From an uncultured Phycisphaerales bacterium (GTDB taxonomy: Bacteria; Planctomycetota; Phycisphaerae; Sedimentisphaerales; Anaerobacaceae), in contig CAVYYI010000001.1 of NCBI GenBank assembly GCA_963772725.1, positions 672,001-736,000 of the forward strand: a stretch of 64,000 bases of DNA, in the 5' to 3' direction. Below, one piece after another: positions 40,911 to 51,419 of the stretch (its first letter is position 1; each line of letters starts with the position of its first letter). Position numbers and translations under genes: made by a program. The notes below the pieces were generated by a model, which was not told where the DNA came from, ran no database searches, and saw only the letters and a list, made by a program, of their open reading frames with translations.

Positions 40911-41333
40911 ATGGACCTTATTGTTGAACATGCGGAAGTATGGGCGGCGAGCATTAAAGATGAGCCTGGCGGGTTGTCGCGTGTGCTGTCCGGACTGCGG
41001 GATGCCGGCGCAGACCTTGACTTTATTATCGCGAGGCGATCGCCGGAAAAACGCGGCACAGGAGTCGTGTTCGTAACGCCACTTCGCGGCGACAGGGAGG
41101 TATCTGCGGCAACGGCTTTGGGTTTTAATGTTACCAAGAGCCTGCACTCGGTGCGAATAGAGGGGCCCAATGCGCCTGGTGTCGCGGCCGAATTAACCGA
41201 TGCTCTCGCTGACGCGAAAATAAACCTGCGAGGGTTCTCTGGGTCTGTGATAGGGACAAGGTTTGTTTTGTACATTGGTCTGGACAGCGATGAAGACGCT
41301 GAAAAAGCTGTGAACATTTTACGGAAATTGTAG
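40911..41333 (+). CDS. Tandem ACT-domain protein
   Basis: IKDEPGGLSRVL and GPNAPGVAAELT. Confidence 0.8.
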   Translation: MDLIVEHAEVWAASIKDEPGGLSRVLSGLRDAGADLDFIIARRSPEKRGTGVVFVTPLRGDREVSAATALGFNVTKSLHSVRIEGPNAPGVAAELTDALADAKINLRGFSGSVIGTRFVLYIGLDSDEDAEKAVNILRKL

Positions 41334-41341
41334 CGGGCGAA

Positions 41342-42028
41342 TCATCGCAAAAGTTTTCCGAGCAGAGGTTTGAGTTTTCGGATGGCGTTGCCGCGATGCG
41401 AAATAGCGTTTTTTTCTTCCGAGTCTAATTGTGCGACTGTTTTATTAAGCTGCGGGACGAGGAAGATTGGGTCGTATCCGAAGCCGTTAGTACCGATTTC
41501 TTTTTCGATGATTCTGCCCTCGATGGTGCCGCGGGTTTCTATTAAAATCTTTTCTGGACTTGCCATACACAGACAGCAAACGAATCTGGCGGTTCTTTTT
41601 TCGGGTGGGGTATTTGCAAGAAGTTTGAAAACTTTTGCGATGTTGCGGTGGTCGATTAGGCTTCTACCAGCATTTTTGGCTTTTTCGCCTGAAAATCTTG
41701 CGGAGTTGACGCCTGGTGCGCCGTCGAGGGCGTCGATTACCAAACCTGAATCATCGGCGATTGTCCACAGGCCGGTTTGTTTGGCGTAGCCGAGAGCTTT
41801 TTTACGGGCGTTTTCCTCGAAGGTTTGGCCGTCTTCTTTGACTTCGGTGATATTATTGAAATCAGAGAGTTTAAGCCATTCTACGTCAAAATCGAGCATA
41901 GCGGAAAGTTCCGCGATTTTACCGGGGTTTGTTGTCGCAACGAGAATTTTTTTGGCAGCAGAATTCCCTTCGGCTTCGCTCAGGGCAGGCATAGAGGACA
42001 CAGAGATTTTTTTATTTTTAATAGACAC
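41342..42028 (-). CDS. rdgB: XTP/dITP diphosphatase (HAM1 family); start may be ATG 41992
   Basis: ATTNPGK, ADDSGL, GFGYDPIF, SHRG. Confidence 0.93.
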   Translation of the reverse strand: MSIKNKKISVSSMPALSEAEGNSAAKKILVATTNPGKIAELSAMLDFDVEWLKLSDFNNITEVKEDGQTFEENARKKALGYAKQTGLWTIADDSGLVIDALDGAPGVNSARFSGEKAKNAGRSLIDHRNIAKVFKLLANTPPEKRTARFVCCLCMASPEKILIETRGTIEGRIIEKEIGTNGFGYDPIFLVPQLNKTVAQLDSEEKNAISHRGNAIRKLKPLLGKLLR

Positions 42029-42042
42029 GGACTTACACTGTT

Positions 42043-42954
42043 TTAACTCAAAAGTTTTTTGAGCAGGGCACGCTGGAAGTGTAGGCGGTTTTCTGCCTGG
42101 TCGAAAATTATTTTTTCGTTGGCTTCAAAGACCTCGTCAGTAATCTCCAGGCCGCGATAGGCCGGCAGGCAGTGCATAACCTTGGCGTTTGCGGCGGCAT
42201 GGCGCGTAAGGTTATCGTTGACCTGAAAGCCTTTAAAAGCGGCGAGGCGTTTTTGCTTTTCATCTTCCTGGCCCATACTGACCCAAGTGTCGGTATAGAT
42301 AATATCGGCATCGACAACGGCATTGAAAGGGTCGTTTAGCTGCGTGACGGAGTTTGGAATTATCTGATTTGCCCGCTGGATTGAATCGGCGTCGAGTTCG
42401 TAACCTGCTGGCGAGGCGATAACCATTTTCATACCGAATTTCGCACAGGCAAAAGCCAGCGAACGCGCGACGTTGTTGCCATCACCGATAAAGGCGATTT
42501 TTATGTTTTCCGGCAGTCCCTTATGCTCCTGGATGGTCATCACATCAGCCATCGCCTGGCAGGGATGCGACCAGTCGGTAAGGGCGTTTATTACGGGAAT
42601 CGAGGCGTATTTTGCCAATTCTATTACGATGCTGTGTTCGAAGGTTCTGGCCATTATGCCGTGAGCGTATCGGCTAAGCACACGTGCTATATCTTTGACG
42701 GCCTCACGCTTGCCGATACCGCCGATGTCCTCTGGTTTGACGTAAATAGGATTTCCGCCGAGGTCAGTCATAGCGATCTGAAAGCTCATCCGTGTTCGCA
42801 GACTGGGCTTTTCAAAGAGCATAACCAGGATTTTGCCGGAAAGGCACAAATCCCTGCCGCCGGTTTTATATAATTTTTTTAGTTCGAGGGTGTTATCAAC
42901 TAATTCCTTGAGCAGGGGTACCGGCGTATTATTTATGGAAATAAAATCTTTCAT
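42043..42954 (-). CDS. argF: Ornithine carbamoyltransferase
   Basis: KPSLRTR, HPCQ, DTWVSMG, HCLP, AENR. Confidence 0.95.
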   Translation of the reverse strand: MKDFISINNTPVPLLKELVDNTLELKKLYKTGGRDLCLSGKILVMLFEKPSLRTRMSFQIAMTDLGGNPIYVKPEDIGGIGKREAVKDIARVLSRYAHGIMARTFEHSIVIELAKYASIPVINALTDWSHPCQAMADVMTIQEHKGLPENIKIAFIGDGNNVARSLAFACAKFGMKMVIASPAGYELDADSIQRANQIIPNSVTQLNDPFNAVVDADIIYTDTWVSMGQEDEKQKRLAAFKGFQVNDNLTRHAAANAKVMHCLPAYRGLEITDEVFEANEKIIFDQAENRLHFQRALLKKLLS

Positions 42955-44135
42955 TTTTCATTCTCACTCATAGCGGCATCGAGAATTTCGATGGCCTTAT
43001 CGATTTCTGTTTTAGTTGTAATCATCGCTGGCATAAACCGCAGGACAGTATCGTGCGTGCAGTTTATACGCAGTCCCATTTCGAGACACTTATCGACTAT
43101 TTTCGCTCCGGGTGAGGTCAGTTGAATGCCAATCATTAGGCCGATACCGCGGACGTGGTCTATTATACTATGTCTTTGTTTTAGCTGAAGAAGTTTTTCC
43201 TTTGTATATTCTCCGACGTCAACAGCGTTTTGCAGGAGGTTGTCTTCTTCGATGGCCTCGATGACAGCGACGCCCGCTGCGCAGGCCAAGGCGTTACCGC
43301 CGAAAGTTGAGGCGTGTTTTCCAGGTACTAAGCAGGCGGCAAGTTCCTCGCGAGCCATCATCGCCCCGATGGCCACACCGCCGCCGAGGGCCTTTGCCAT
43401 AGTGATAATATCAGGCACAATATCGCTGTGCTGATAAGCGAACCATTTGCCGGTTCTCCCCATTCCGGACTGTACCTCGTCTAAAATCATTACCGCGCCG
43501 TTTTTATCGCATAATTCCCGAATAGCCTGGAGATATTCGGCAGTGGCGACGTTTATTCCGCCCTCGCCCTGGATAGGCTCAATCATAACGGCGGCGACCT
43601 CATCGGTGAAAGCGTCTTGGAGAGCTTTTATATCATTAAAGGGGACATAGATAAAGCCCGGCAGCAGCGGCAGGAAACCTTCGTGATATTTCGGCTGTGC
43701 TGTCGCGGTAACAGTCGCGAACGTTCTGCCGTGAAAACTGCCCTCGGCGGTGATAAATTTGTACTTTTCTTTGGCGGTGTAGAGGCGAGCGAGTTTCAGG
43801 GCGGCTTCGTTTGCTTCTGCGCCGCTGTTGCAGAAGAAGGTTTTACCGCCGAAAGCGCGTTCGCTGAGGAGTTTGGCTAACTGGCCCTGTGGTTCGGAGT
43901 AAAAGGTATTATCGATATGCAGAAGTTCGCCGGCCTGTTTGCGTATGGCCTCGACGACTTTCGGGTGACAATGGCCGATACCGCTTACCGCCCAGCCCGG
44001 GAACATATCGAGAATTTTGTTGCCGTCGGCGTCAAAAAGATAGCAGCCTTCGCCCTTGACGATTACCCGCGGCAGCCGCTTGTAATTGGCAATAACGTAT
44101 TTGTCAAATAATGCTATAATTTCCTTTGTTGTCAT
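42951..44135 (-). CDS. argD: Acetylornithine aminotransferase
   Basis: NSGAEANE, FHGRT, EPIQGEGG, DEVQSG, AKALGGG; lies between argB and argF. Confidence 0.92.
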   Translation of the reverse strand: MTTKEIIALFDKYVIANYKRLPRVIVKGEGCYLFDADGNKILDMFPGWAVSGIGHCHPKVVEAIRKQAGELLHIDNTFYSEPQGQLAKLLSERAFGGKTFFCNSGAEANEAALKLARLYTAKEKYKFITAEGSFHGRTFATVTATAQPKYHEGFLPLLPGFIYVPFNDIKALQDAFTDEVAAVMIEPIQGEGGINVATAEYLQAIRELCDKNGAVMILDEVQSGMGRTGKWFAYQHSDIVPDIITMAKALGGGVAIGAMMAREELAACLVPGKHASTFGGNALACAAGVAVIEAIEEDNLLQNAVDVGEYTKEKLLQLKQRHSIIDHVRGIGLMIGIQLTSPGAKIVDKCLEMGLRINCTHDTVLRFMPAMITTKTEIDKAIEILDAAMSENEK

Positions 44136-44171
44136 TGTTTTTAATCCTGTCCGCAATTCGAATTGCAAAAT

Positions 44172-45050
44172 TTAGTTTTTAATAATTTGTGTGCCGATAC
44201 CTTTGTCGGTATAAATTTCCAGCAGCAGCGAATGTTCGATTCGTCCGTCAATAATATGCGCCTTTTTCACCCCGCCATCCAGCGCCATGAGGCAGGCCTC
44301 GACCTTCGGAAACATCGGCTCGGTGATAATACCGGCTTCAATCATTTCTTTAATCTGCTTTTCGTTGAGGCTGGATACTCTGCTCTCCGGGTCTTTCATA
44401 TCTGTCAGAATGCCGTGCGTGTCGCTTACCACGACAAGTTTTTCGGCACCAACCGCCGCGGCCACTTTCCCTGCGGCGGTATCAGCGTTGACGTTTAATT
44501 TTCCGCCGCCTTTGGCAACTGCGATGGGGGCGATGACTGGTATCGTACCGGTTGCACAGAGCGTTTTTAAGAGGTCGCCGTTAACATCTGTAACCTTGCC
44601 GACCAGCCCGAGGTCGATCTTGCGTCCGTTCTCACCGGGCAGACGCAGAGGTTCGGCGAATAAAACGCAACTGCTGAGCGAATGAAGTCCCATCGGCTTG
44701 CACCCAAGTTCTGAAAGAATTTCGCACATCGGCGTGTTGGTCTTATACACGAGGGTATGTTCAGCTATCATAAGCGTACGTTCATCGGTATATCGTCGTC
44801 CCTGCACCCAGACCGGCTCCAGGCCTGCTTCGTTCATCGCCTTTGTGATGGCTTTGCCGCCGCCGTGAACGATGATGGGCTGCATTCCGACAGTTGACAT
44901 AAAAGCGATGTCCGCCAGCAGCTTCCTCTGCAGAGAAGCGTCATCCAGGACGCTGCCGCCGAGTTTAACTACGACGATTTTCCCGCGAAACTGACGGATA
45001 TATTCCATCGCCTCAATCAGGGCTGTCGCTTTGGCAATAGCTTGTTCCAC
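44172..45050 (-). CDS. argB: Acetylglutamate kinase
   Basis: VVKLGGS, VHGGG, NVNADT, HIIDGR..HSLLLE. Confidence 0.95.
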   Translation of the reverse strand: MEQAIAKATALIEAMEYIRQFRGKIVVVKLGGSVLDDASLQRKLLADIAFMSTVGMQPIIVHGGGKAITKAMNEAGLEPVWVQGRRYTDERTLMIAEHTLVYKTNTPMCEILSELGCKPMGLHSLSSCVLFAEPLRLPGENGRKIDLGLVGKVTDVNGDLLKTLCATGTIPVIAPIAVAKGGGKLNVNADTAAGKVAAAVGAEKLVVVSDTHGILTDMKDPESRVSSLNEKQIKEMIEAGIITEPMFPKVEACLMALDGGVKKAHIIDGRIEHSLLLEIYTDKGIGTQIIKN

Positions 45051-45273
45051 GCCTTATAACTCCTTAAAAACCGATTTTAAACCAAATAAACAAGTTTATT
45101 ATCGCACATTTCTTTCGTCAAGTGATATTTGCTCCCAGCGATATATTTATTTTGGCAATTTTTTTGGTAAATAATGCCTTTCGGTTTTGATTTGCTAAAG
45201 AACTTGAAAATGTTAATATAATGATATGACCAAAATAGGGCAGGCCGCCTCGCGGTCATAATTTTACCTGTAA

Positions 45274-46282
45274 ACCTGAACTTTGTTTAAGCTGTGATGC
45301 AAAGAAATTCTCTAGGCTGGTAGCTGACGTTTTCGATTTTGAGCGAAGGCTTTTTCGGCAGTCTCGTATAGGCTATAAGGCCGGCTATCAAATGTGCCAG
45401 AAAGTTGATCGGGCTGCGGTGACGTGAATGTTCGATCTGACAGACATTTTTGAGTGTGTCATTGACCGTTTCAATCAATGAACGCTTTCGCAGCAGGATT
45501 TTATCCTCCAACTCCATCAAACGGCATTTCATATTTCGCGCATATTGGTTACCAGCTTAATTCCCTTGGCCAACAGTTTTTCAAACAGGCTCTGGCTGAT
45601 GTAACCCTTGTCGCCAAATAGCTTTCCGAACAGGCCGTCGGCCATTGTCTCCACCGTGCTGCGATCATCGACATTACCTGCTGTCAGGCGGCAGCCCAAT
45701 AAACCGCCGCGGTCATTAATGATCAGATGCAATTTAAAGCCAAAAAACCAGCCCATCGTTGTTTTACCTATTTGAGCAAGCCCGTCGAAAACACGGTTGC
45801 GGCTGATGCGTTTATTATGACAGACTTTAAGTGCGGTGCTGTCAATAAAAGAAATACCCGTGGGCTCATCCATGCCATCGGTTTGCAAATATACAAGCAG
45901 CGGGATTATTGCCCTTGGTATCAGATAAACAAAGCGGTCGTAGCTGACCATATCGGGAAAATCATGGCGGTGATGGGCAAGAAGGTAGTGATAGAAATCC
46001 TTGAAAGTGCGATAGCCGCTGGTTTGGAAGGCAATAAGAATAGTCATGATCTCGCTGGTACTTAAGTTGCCTTGCCTGTTGCGTTTACGTGTTCCATCTT
46101 CTATGAGGTGCTTTACATACATTTTTTCAAAAGCTTTCCAACAATCATCGACATTCACAAATAATGTGGTAAAATCCGCTGTCATACGGCCTCCTTGCCT
46201 GCTTGGTTAATAATATTTACAAAACTATTATTTCCATCGGCAGGTTGGCCGTTTTTCTTGTATCCTTATCCAAAGTTCAGGT
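45274..46282 (-). mobile_element. IS982-family insertion sequence
   Basis: 18-bp terminal IRs ACCTGAACTTTGTTTAAG / ACCTGAACTTTGGATAAG; 5-bp target duplication TGTAA (45269-45273, 46283-46287). Confidence 0.92.
45287..46185 (-). CDS. IS982 DDE transposase (frameshift near 45535)
   Basis: [37 protein letters not shown]. Confidence 0.9.
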
Positions 46283-46380
46283 TGTAAGATAGAAAAGGTG
46301 CTTGGACGGCGTGTCCGAGCGTTGCCCATAGGCAGACCGAGGAAGGATAATGAAAAATCTTAGCTTGGAGCTTGGAGAAC

Positions 46381-46404
46381 AAAAATGGTAGCTGTCCCCA
46401 TTAT
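46381..46404 (+). repeat. REP-like inverted repeat, left copy
   Basis: AAAATGGTAGCTGTCCCCATTAT, matches the reverse complement of 51343-51365. Confidence 0.75.
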
Positions 46405-46438
46405 ACCCAAGGAAATAATAATGAAAACACTGATTACT

Positions 46439-47684
46439 GAGACCTCTGAAAAACTATGCATTTTTTACAAAACATTAATGCAATTATCAGCGGATATGAT
46501 ATAATGCGTCCATTCAATAGTCAATTTTATTGCATGGAGGCAAAGATTATGGAACGCACAAGCAATCAACCAACATTTCTCAACAGTTTAACCTCTGACC
46601 TCGGCGGTCGTCGCACTGCTCAATTTTTTCAAAAATGCGACCAGCTTATACCATGGAACGAACTTGCTGAGCCGTTAAGGGATATGTACAAGAACAACAC
46701 CGACAAAGGCGGAGCATCGAATTATCCACTTGTAATGATGATAAAATGCATAATGCTGCAAAAGTGGTTTAATCTTTCCGACCCGATGCTCGAAGAGATG
46801 CTCTGTGACCGTATATCCTTCAGACGATTTGTAGGCCTTAAGATGGAACAGGATGCACCTGATGAAACTACTTTTGTGCAGTTTCGCAAGCGTCTTAATA
46901 TAAACGGCCATATAGCTACATTATTTGATAAGACTATCGCCATACTCAAAAGTCGCGGCGTTATACTCGAGGAAGGGACCTGTGTTGATGCCACTATAAT
47001 AGAAGCGCCTCGCGGCAGAACTGGCAAAGACGGTATTTCCAGCACCAAAGACAAGGCGGCAGGTTATACGAAAAAGCGTGGCAGAATATATCACGGCTAT
47101 AAGGGCCATATTGCTACTGACTGTAACGGCATGATTAAAGACTACCGTTTCGATACCGCCTCAACCCATGACAGCAGGTATATTGACGAACTTGTCGAGG
47201 ATGAGAAGGACAGTGTCTTTGCTGATAGTGCATATATGGATAAAGACCGAAAGGCAAAACTGGAGGAACGCGGCGTGTTTTGCGGAATTATTCAAAAACG
47301 AGTTCGCGGCCAGAAGGAATTAACCGCATCACAGAAATTGCATAACCGTCTGGTGGCGGGAATTCGGGCGGTGGTTGAACATCCGTTTGCGTGGATGAAG
47401 AATACCGGCTACGGCAGGACTCGATATCGAGGTATGAGGCGTAACGCCTTTGATTTTGGGTTACATGTAATAGCGTACAATTGGAAAAGGAGTTTTAGCC
47501 TGGTGAGTATTGCCGGATAACGGCACACGACCGTTATGAACAGATAAAAAGGTATACCAAAGGCATAAAAGAATCCTTTGGTAAGGCCAGAAAACAGTTT
47601 TTGCGGTGTATCGAAATAATTTTTCGAAGCACTTCAAGCAAAAATATAAGAGAATAATAAAATGTGAGGTTTTTCAGAGGTCTC
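46439..47684 (+). mobile_element. IS5-family insertion sequence
   Basis: Perfect 16-bp IRs GAGACCTCTGAAAAAC; 4-bp target duplication TACT (46435-46438, 47685-47688). Confidence 0.95.
46549..47520 (+). CDS. IS5-family transposase, intact
   Basis: LQKWFNLSDP, PDETT, VDAT, GYKGH, ADSAY, IRAVVEHPF; GGAGG RBS. Confidence 0.93.
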   Translation: MERTSNQPTFLNSLTSDLGGRRTAQFFQKCDQLIPWNELAEPLRDMYKNNTDKGGASNYPLVMMIKCIMLQKWFNLSDPMLEEMLCDRISFRRFVGLKMEQDAPDETTFVQFRKRLNINGHIATLFDKTIAILKSRGVILEEGTCVDATIIEAPRGRTGKDGISSTKDKAAGYTKKRGRIYHGYKGHIATDCNGMIKDYRFDTASTHDSRYIDELVEDEKDSVFADSAYMDKDRKAKLEERGVFCGIIQKRVRGQKELTASQKLHNRLVAGIRAVVEHPFAWMKNTGYGRTRYRGMRRNAFDFGLHVIAYNWKRSFSLVSIAG

Positions 47685-48884
47685 TACTATCATTATGATA
47701 TGTCTTGGATTTAGCGGGTTAGTATACGCCGCTGATGAGTTGGCAGAGGCGGAAAAAACTTTTATGGACATCCGGCCAAAGATTTACATTTTAGCAAATA
47801 ATTATCCAAATGATATCCAGATACAATTGGGGGCGGCTCTTTTGGTGAACAATCCGCCTATTGCAGCGCCCTATGCCAGCGTTGAAGACGCTAAAAATGC
47901 AAGAAATGCAGAGGTAGAGGTAGGGGTATACGAATATAAGAATGTCTTCAAAATCGACACGGGCAACAAAGTCGCATCCATGCTGAAGGCAGAAAAAGTA
48001 GGCTTTGGATATGTCTCAGACAGGCGTTTACTCGTGGAGCATTTAAAAGATTTGGTTGCCATTGCTAAAGAACGCGGCAAGAAAGAGCTAAACTTGGAAT
48101 TTCCTGGGAATGATCCAGTTTGCGCGATATTCGATGGAAATGATAAAGGAATTGCCAGGTACAAGGCTGAAGTGGGTAAAGAAAGATATATATATGTAAA
48201 TAAGATTATTGATTTTAACGAGGCAATGCAATCGCTAATAGATAAGCTCGATAAGCAAAAAACTTCTGTCCTGGAAGAGATTGCAATGTATGAGCGTAAC
48301 GACCCTAATAATGCATTCTATAATTATCTGAAAGCCGCCGTTTTCTTTGCTGCCGAGGAATATGATAAAGGCTTAGCAGAATTGGAAAACGGAAGTCATA
48401 AGACTTTTACTACTTATTATAATCAACAACGTTCCGCTATGGCGGTTGTAGTAAATGACGTAAATTTTCCGTCGCCGCAGAAGGATTTTATATTGAACAC
48501 CAGGGGTTTAAGTCCCATGTATGAAGATATATGGAAGAACGGATTATTGGCTCTGGCCAAAGAATCGGAAGATGCGGGCGACTTAAAACATGCCGAAAAA
48601 ATATATGAACTTGCCATGAAAATGGCGTCACAGGTAGAGGAAGACTTTGGATACCCTTTCTACTTGAAAAAAATTATAACTGACCGCCTGAACAAAGTCC
48701 ATCAAAAGATGAAAGAATAAGGCATGCCTGCGATAATAAACAAATTTGATAAATTACATCAAACCATTTCCATATCGACCATCGACCTGGAATAATGTAA
48801 CCGTCCGACCAAGTACATATTGTAAATGCTGATGAGGTAGGGATAATCGTTTTTGGTTTTGAGGTTTATTTAAGGAACAAAATC

Positions 48885-49238
48885 ATGAGCGATAATGGTA
48901 AAGTCACAAAAGCGGACCAGACCGAGTTCTGGAAAATGGTTTTGGAAACATACAAATCAAGCAATCTGTCAATTCATCAATTTTGCAAACAGGAAGGTCT
49001 TCACGAATGGGCATTTTACTCTTGGCGTAGAAAGCTGGCAGGTCAGCAGCCTCAAAAATTCGTTACTCCAACAACACCAGATAATCCGGCATTTATCGAA
49101 GTTCCCGTCATACGCCCAAAGCCGCAGCCATTGGAACTTATACTAAGAAGCGGTCATATACTGAAAATACCCTCTGACATTGACCAGGGCACAATCAATA
49201 AGGTTTTCTCTGCATTAAAGGAAACACAGTTGTGCTGA
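48885..49238 (+). CDS. tnpA: IS66 accessory protein TnpA
   Basis: SNLSIHQFCKQEGL..FYSWRRKL. Confidence 0.85.
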   Translation: MSDNGKVTKADQTEFWKMVLETYKSSNLSIHQFCKQEGLHEWAFYSWRRKLAGQQPQKFVTPTTPDNPAFIEVPVIRPKPQPLELILRSGHILKIPSDIDQGTINKVFSALKETQLC

Positions 49239-49591
49239 CTTTACCCTGTTCGGTACGTATTTTTGTCTCTGTTGATCCAACTGATATGCGTTGCAGTTTC
49301 GACCGTCTGGCCGCGATGACACAAACTATTTTAGGGCAGGACCCTTTAAGCGGTCATCTGTTTGTATTTTTCAATCGTTACCGCGACAGATGCAAGATAC
49401 TATTCTGGGACAGGACGGGGTTTTGTCTATGGTACAAAAGGCTGGAAGAGGGTGTATTTCGATTGCCGCATCATTCTTCAGTAAAATGTCTTGAGATGGA
49501 TTTGGCAAGGCTGACGCTGGTTCTCGAGGGCATAGACCTTTGTTCGGCACATCAGCGAAAAAGATTTTCAATTGGAAACGGCATATTTTGA
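49232..49591 (+). CDS. tnpB: IS66 accessory protein TnpB
   Basis: TDMRCSFDRL, FVFFNR, KILFWD, KRLEEG. Confidence 0.9.
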   Translation: MLTLPCSVRIFVSVDPTDMRCSFDRLAAMTQTILGQDPLSGHLFVFFNRYRDRCKILFWDRTGFCLWYKRLEEGVFRLPHHSSVKCLEMDLARLTLVLEGIDLCSAHQRKRFSIGNGIF

Positions 49592-49719
49592 TAATCTCAA
49601 AAAAAATATTTCACTTTTTTTTGAATATTATCATTATTTCTCTTGACATTATCCGATTATATGATATATAGGAGTCATCGTTACGGATAATGATGTAGAA
49701 AAAAGCTTTAACGGAATAA

Positions 49720-51260
49720 ATGATTACAACAAACACACCTATTACAGAACTGCCCAGCGACGTTGAAACCCTCAGAGAGATGGTTTTAAAACTGTTGGCT
49801 AATGTTGACGACCTCAATCAGCAGCTGGCCTGGTTCAAGCGTCATGTATTCGGCAGAAGGAGCGAGAAGCTTGATCCTGCCCAGAGGCTGCTTTTTGAGG
49901 GTCTTTGTACAGAACTTGAGTCGAGGATTGCGGCAGAACAACAAAAGGCTGATGCATGTGTTGAAACGCCGAAACCAAAGAATGCCAGTCATCATGGCAG
50001 ACGTCCTTTACCTGAGGATTTACCCCGCCAGCGGATAGAGTATCATCCCCCGGAAGAGGAACTTATCTGCCCATCCTGCGGAAAAGAAAAACAGGTAATC
50101 GGCGAAGAGATAACAGAGCAGCTTGATTATGTGCCTGCATCATTTGTTGTTCGTCAGCATGTGCGCATTAAATATGCCTGCCCTGACTGCAAAGAAAATG
50201 TATCCATAGCAGAACTTCCTGCATTTCCCATAGAAAAGGGTCGTCCCGGGACAGGACTGCTTGCTCATATAATTACCAGCAAATATACCGACCACCTCCC
50301 GCTTAATCGTCAGGAGAATATTTTCGGTCGGCATGATGTGGAAATCAGGCGTTCCACTATGTGTGACTGGGTAGGGCAATGTGCCGGTCTGCTTGAGCCT
50401 ATCGCCAAAGAAATGAAGAGGCAGTTGTTAAAATCGCCTAAGATTCATACCGATGATACGACCATCCCTGTTCAGTGCAAGGATCGTAAAAGCACTTATG
50501 ACGGTTATTTATGGGTATATGCCGATATGAGTGATAATGTTGTGTTCGATTTTACACCGACACGATGTCGGGATGGGCCTATCAATTTTCTGGGGAGTTA
50601 CAGCGGATATATACAGGCGGATGCATACAAGGGTTACGACAAGCTCTTTGCCGAAGGCAGATGTACTGAGGTAGGCTCTGGGCGCATTGCAGGCGCAAGT
50701 TTGATGAGGCTATTGAGACTGATAAGGAGCGAGCCGGGATTATGCTCGCATTGATAGGCAGTCTCTACGATGTGGAACGTGATGCAAAGAGACGTAACCT
50801 TGACGCTGACAGTATAAAGTCACTGCGTCAGGAAAAGAGTAAACCCATTCTCGAAGAGATTCGCAGAGTCATTGATAGCTGGTCGCTACAGATTTTGCCG
50901 AAGAGTCCAATTGGCAAGGCGATAAATTATGCACTTGGTCAGTGGAAAGCATTAAACAGATATATTGAGAACGGAATCCTTTCGATAGATAATAATCTTT
51001 CAGAACGGATTTTAAGAATGGTTGTTCTCGGGCGTAAAAACTGGCTGTTTGCCGGCAATGAGAACGGAGCCAAAGGGCAGCGACCATATACAGTCTGGTT
51101 GCAAGCTGCAAACTAAGTGATATTGACCCATTCGTATATTTCAGGGATGTTCTTGAACGTGTCAGCACGCACCCAACAGCCGGATTGCCGAACTGACACC
51201 TCCAAACTGGAAAAAGCTGTATTTCAAATCTGTCACAGAAGCAAACCCAACTCAAAACAA
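49720..51260 (+). CDS. tnpC: IS66 DDE transposase TnpC (frameshifted; end approximate)
   Basis: FGRRSEK, CPSCG..CPDC, HLPLNRQ, HTDDT, QADAY, IDNNLSER, GRKNWLF. Confidence 0.9.
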
Positions 51261-51342
51261 CTAAACGACAGCCCCATTCTTCGTAAAAATAAATTTCACT
51301 TGTGTACTATCCGCAACCTGTAGTTGGTCGGACGGTTACGGA

Positions 51343-51365
51343 ATAATAGGGACAGCTATCGTTTT
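51343..51365 (-). repeat. REP-like inverted repeat, right copy
   Basis: ATAATAGGGACAGCTATCGTTTT. Confidence 0.75.
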
Positions 51366-51419
51366 TAGTTATCCATGTTATCATTTTTACTTTTTTCCGC
51401 CTTCGGCGGATTTAATATT

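Larger units (their letters stand above)
45239..46363 (+). pseudogene. C-terminal remnant of a RAYT/Y1-type transposase, interrupted by IS982
   Basis: Removing IS982 and one TSD gives in-frame GRPPRGHNFTCKIEKVLGRRVRALPIGRPRKDNEKS*; family recognised from memory of these tails. Confidence 0.5.
46421..48720 (+). pseudogene. Secreted TPR-like hypothetical protein interrupted by IS5 after codon 6 (remainder 47689-48720)
   Basis: Rejoined N-terminus MKTLIT+IIMICLGFSGLVYAADE is an in-frame signal peptide; AAGGA RBS; DPNNAFYNYLKA TPR-like. Confidence 0.8.
48797..51339 (+). mobile_element. IS66-family insertion sequence
   Basis: 21-bp IRs GTAACCGTCCGACCAA(G/C)TACA; 8-bp target duplication GGAATAAT (48789-48796, 51340-51347). 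Confidence 0.95.

Noticed and set aside
49232..49591. tnpB as an RNA-guided TnpB nuclease
   Set aside because: It is the 119-aa IS66 accessory protein, unrelated to IS200/IS605 TnpB; no RuvC motifs
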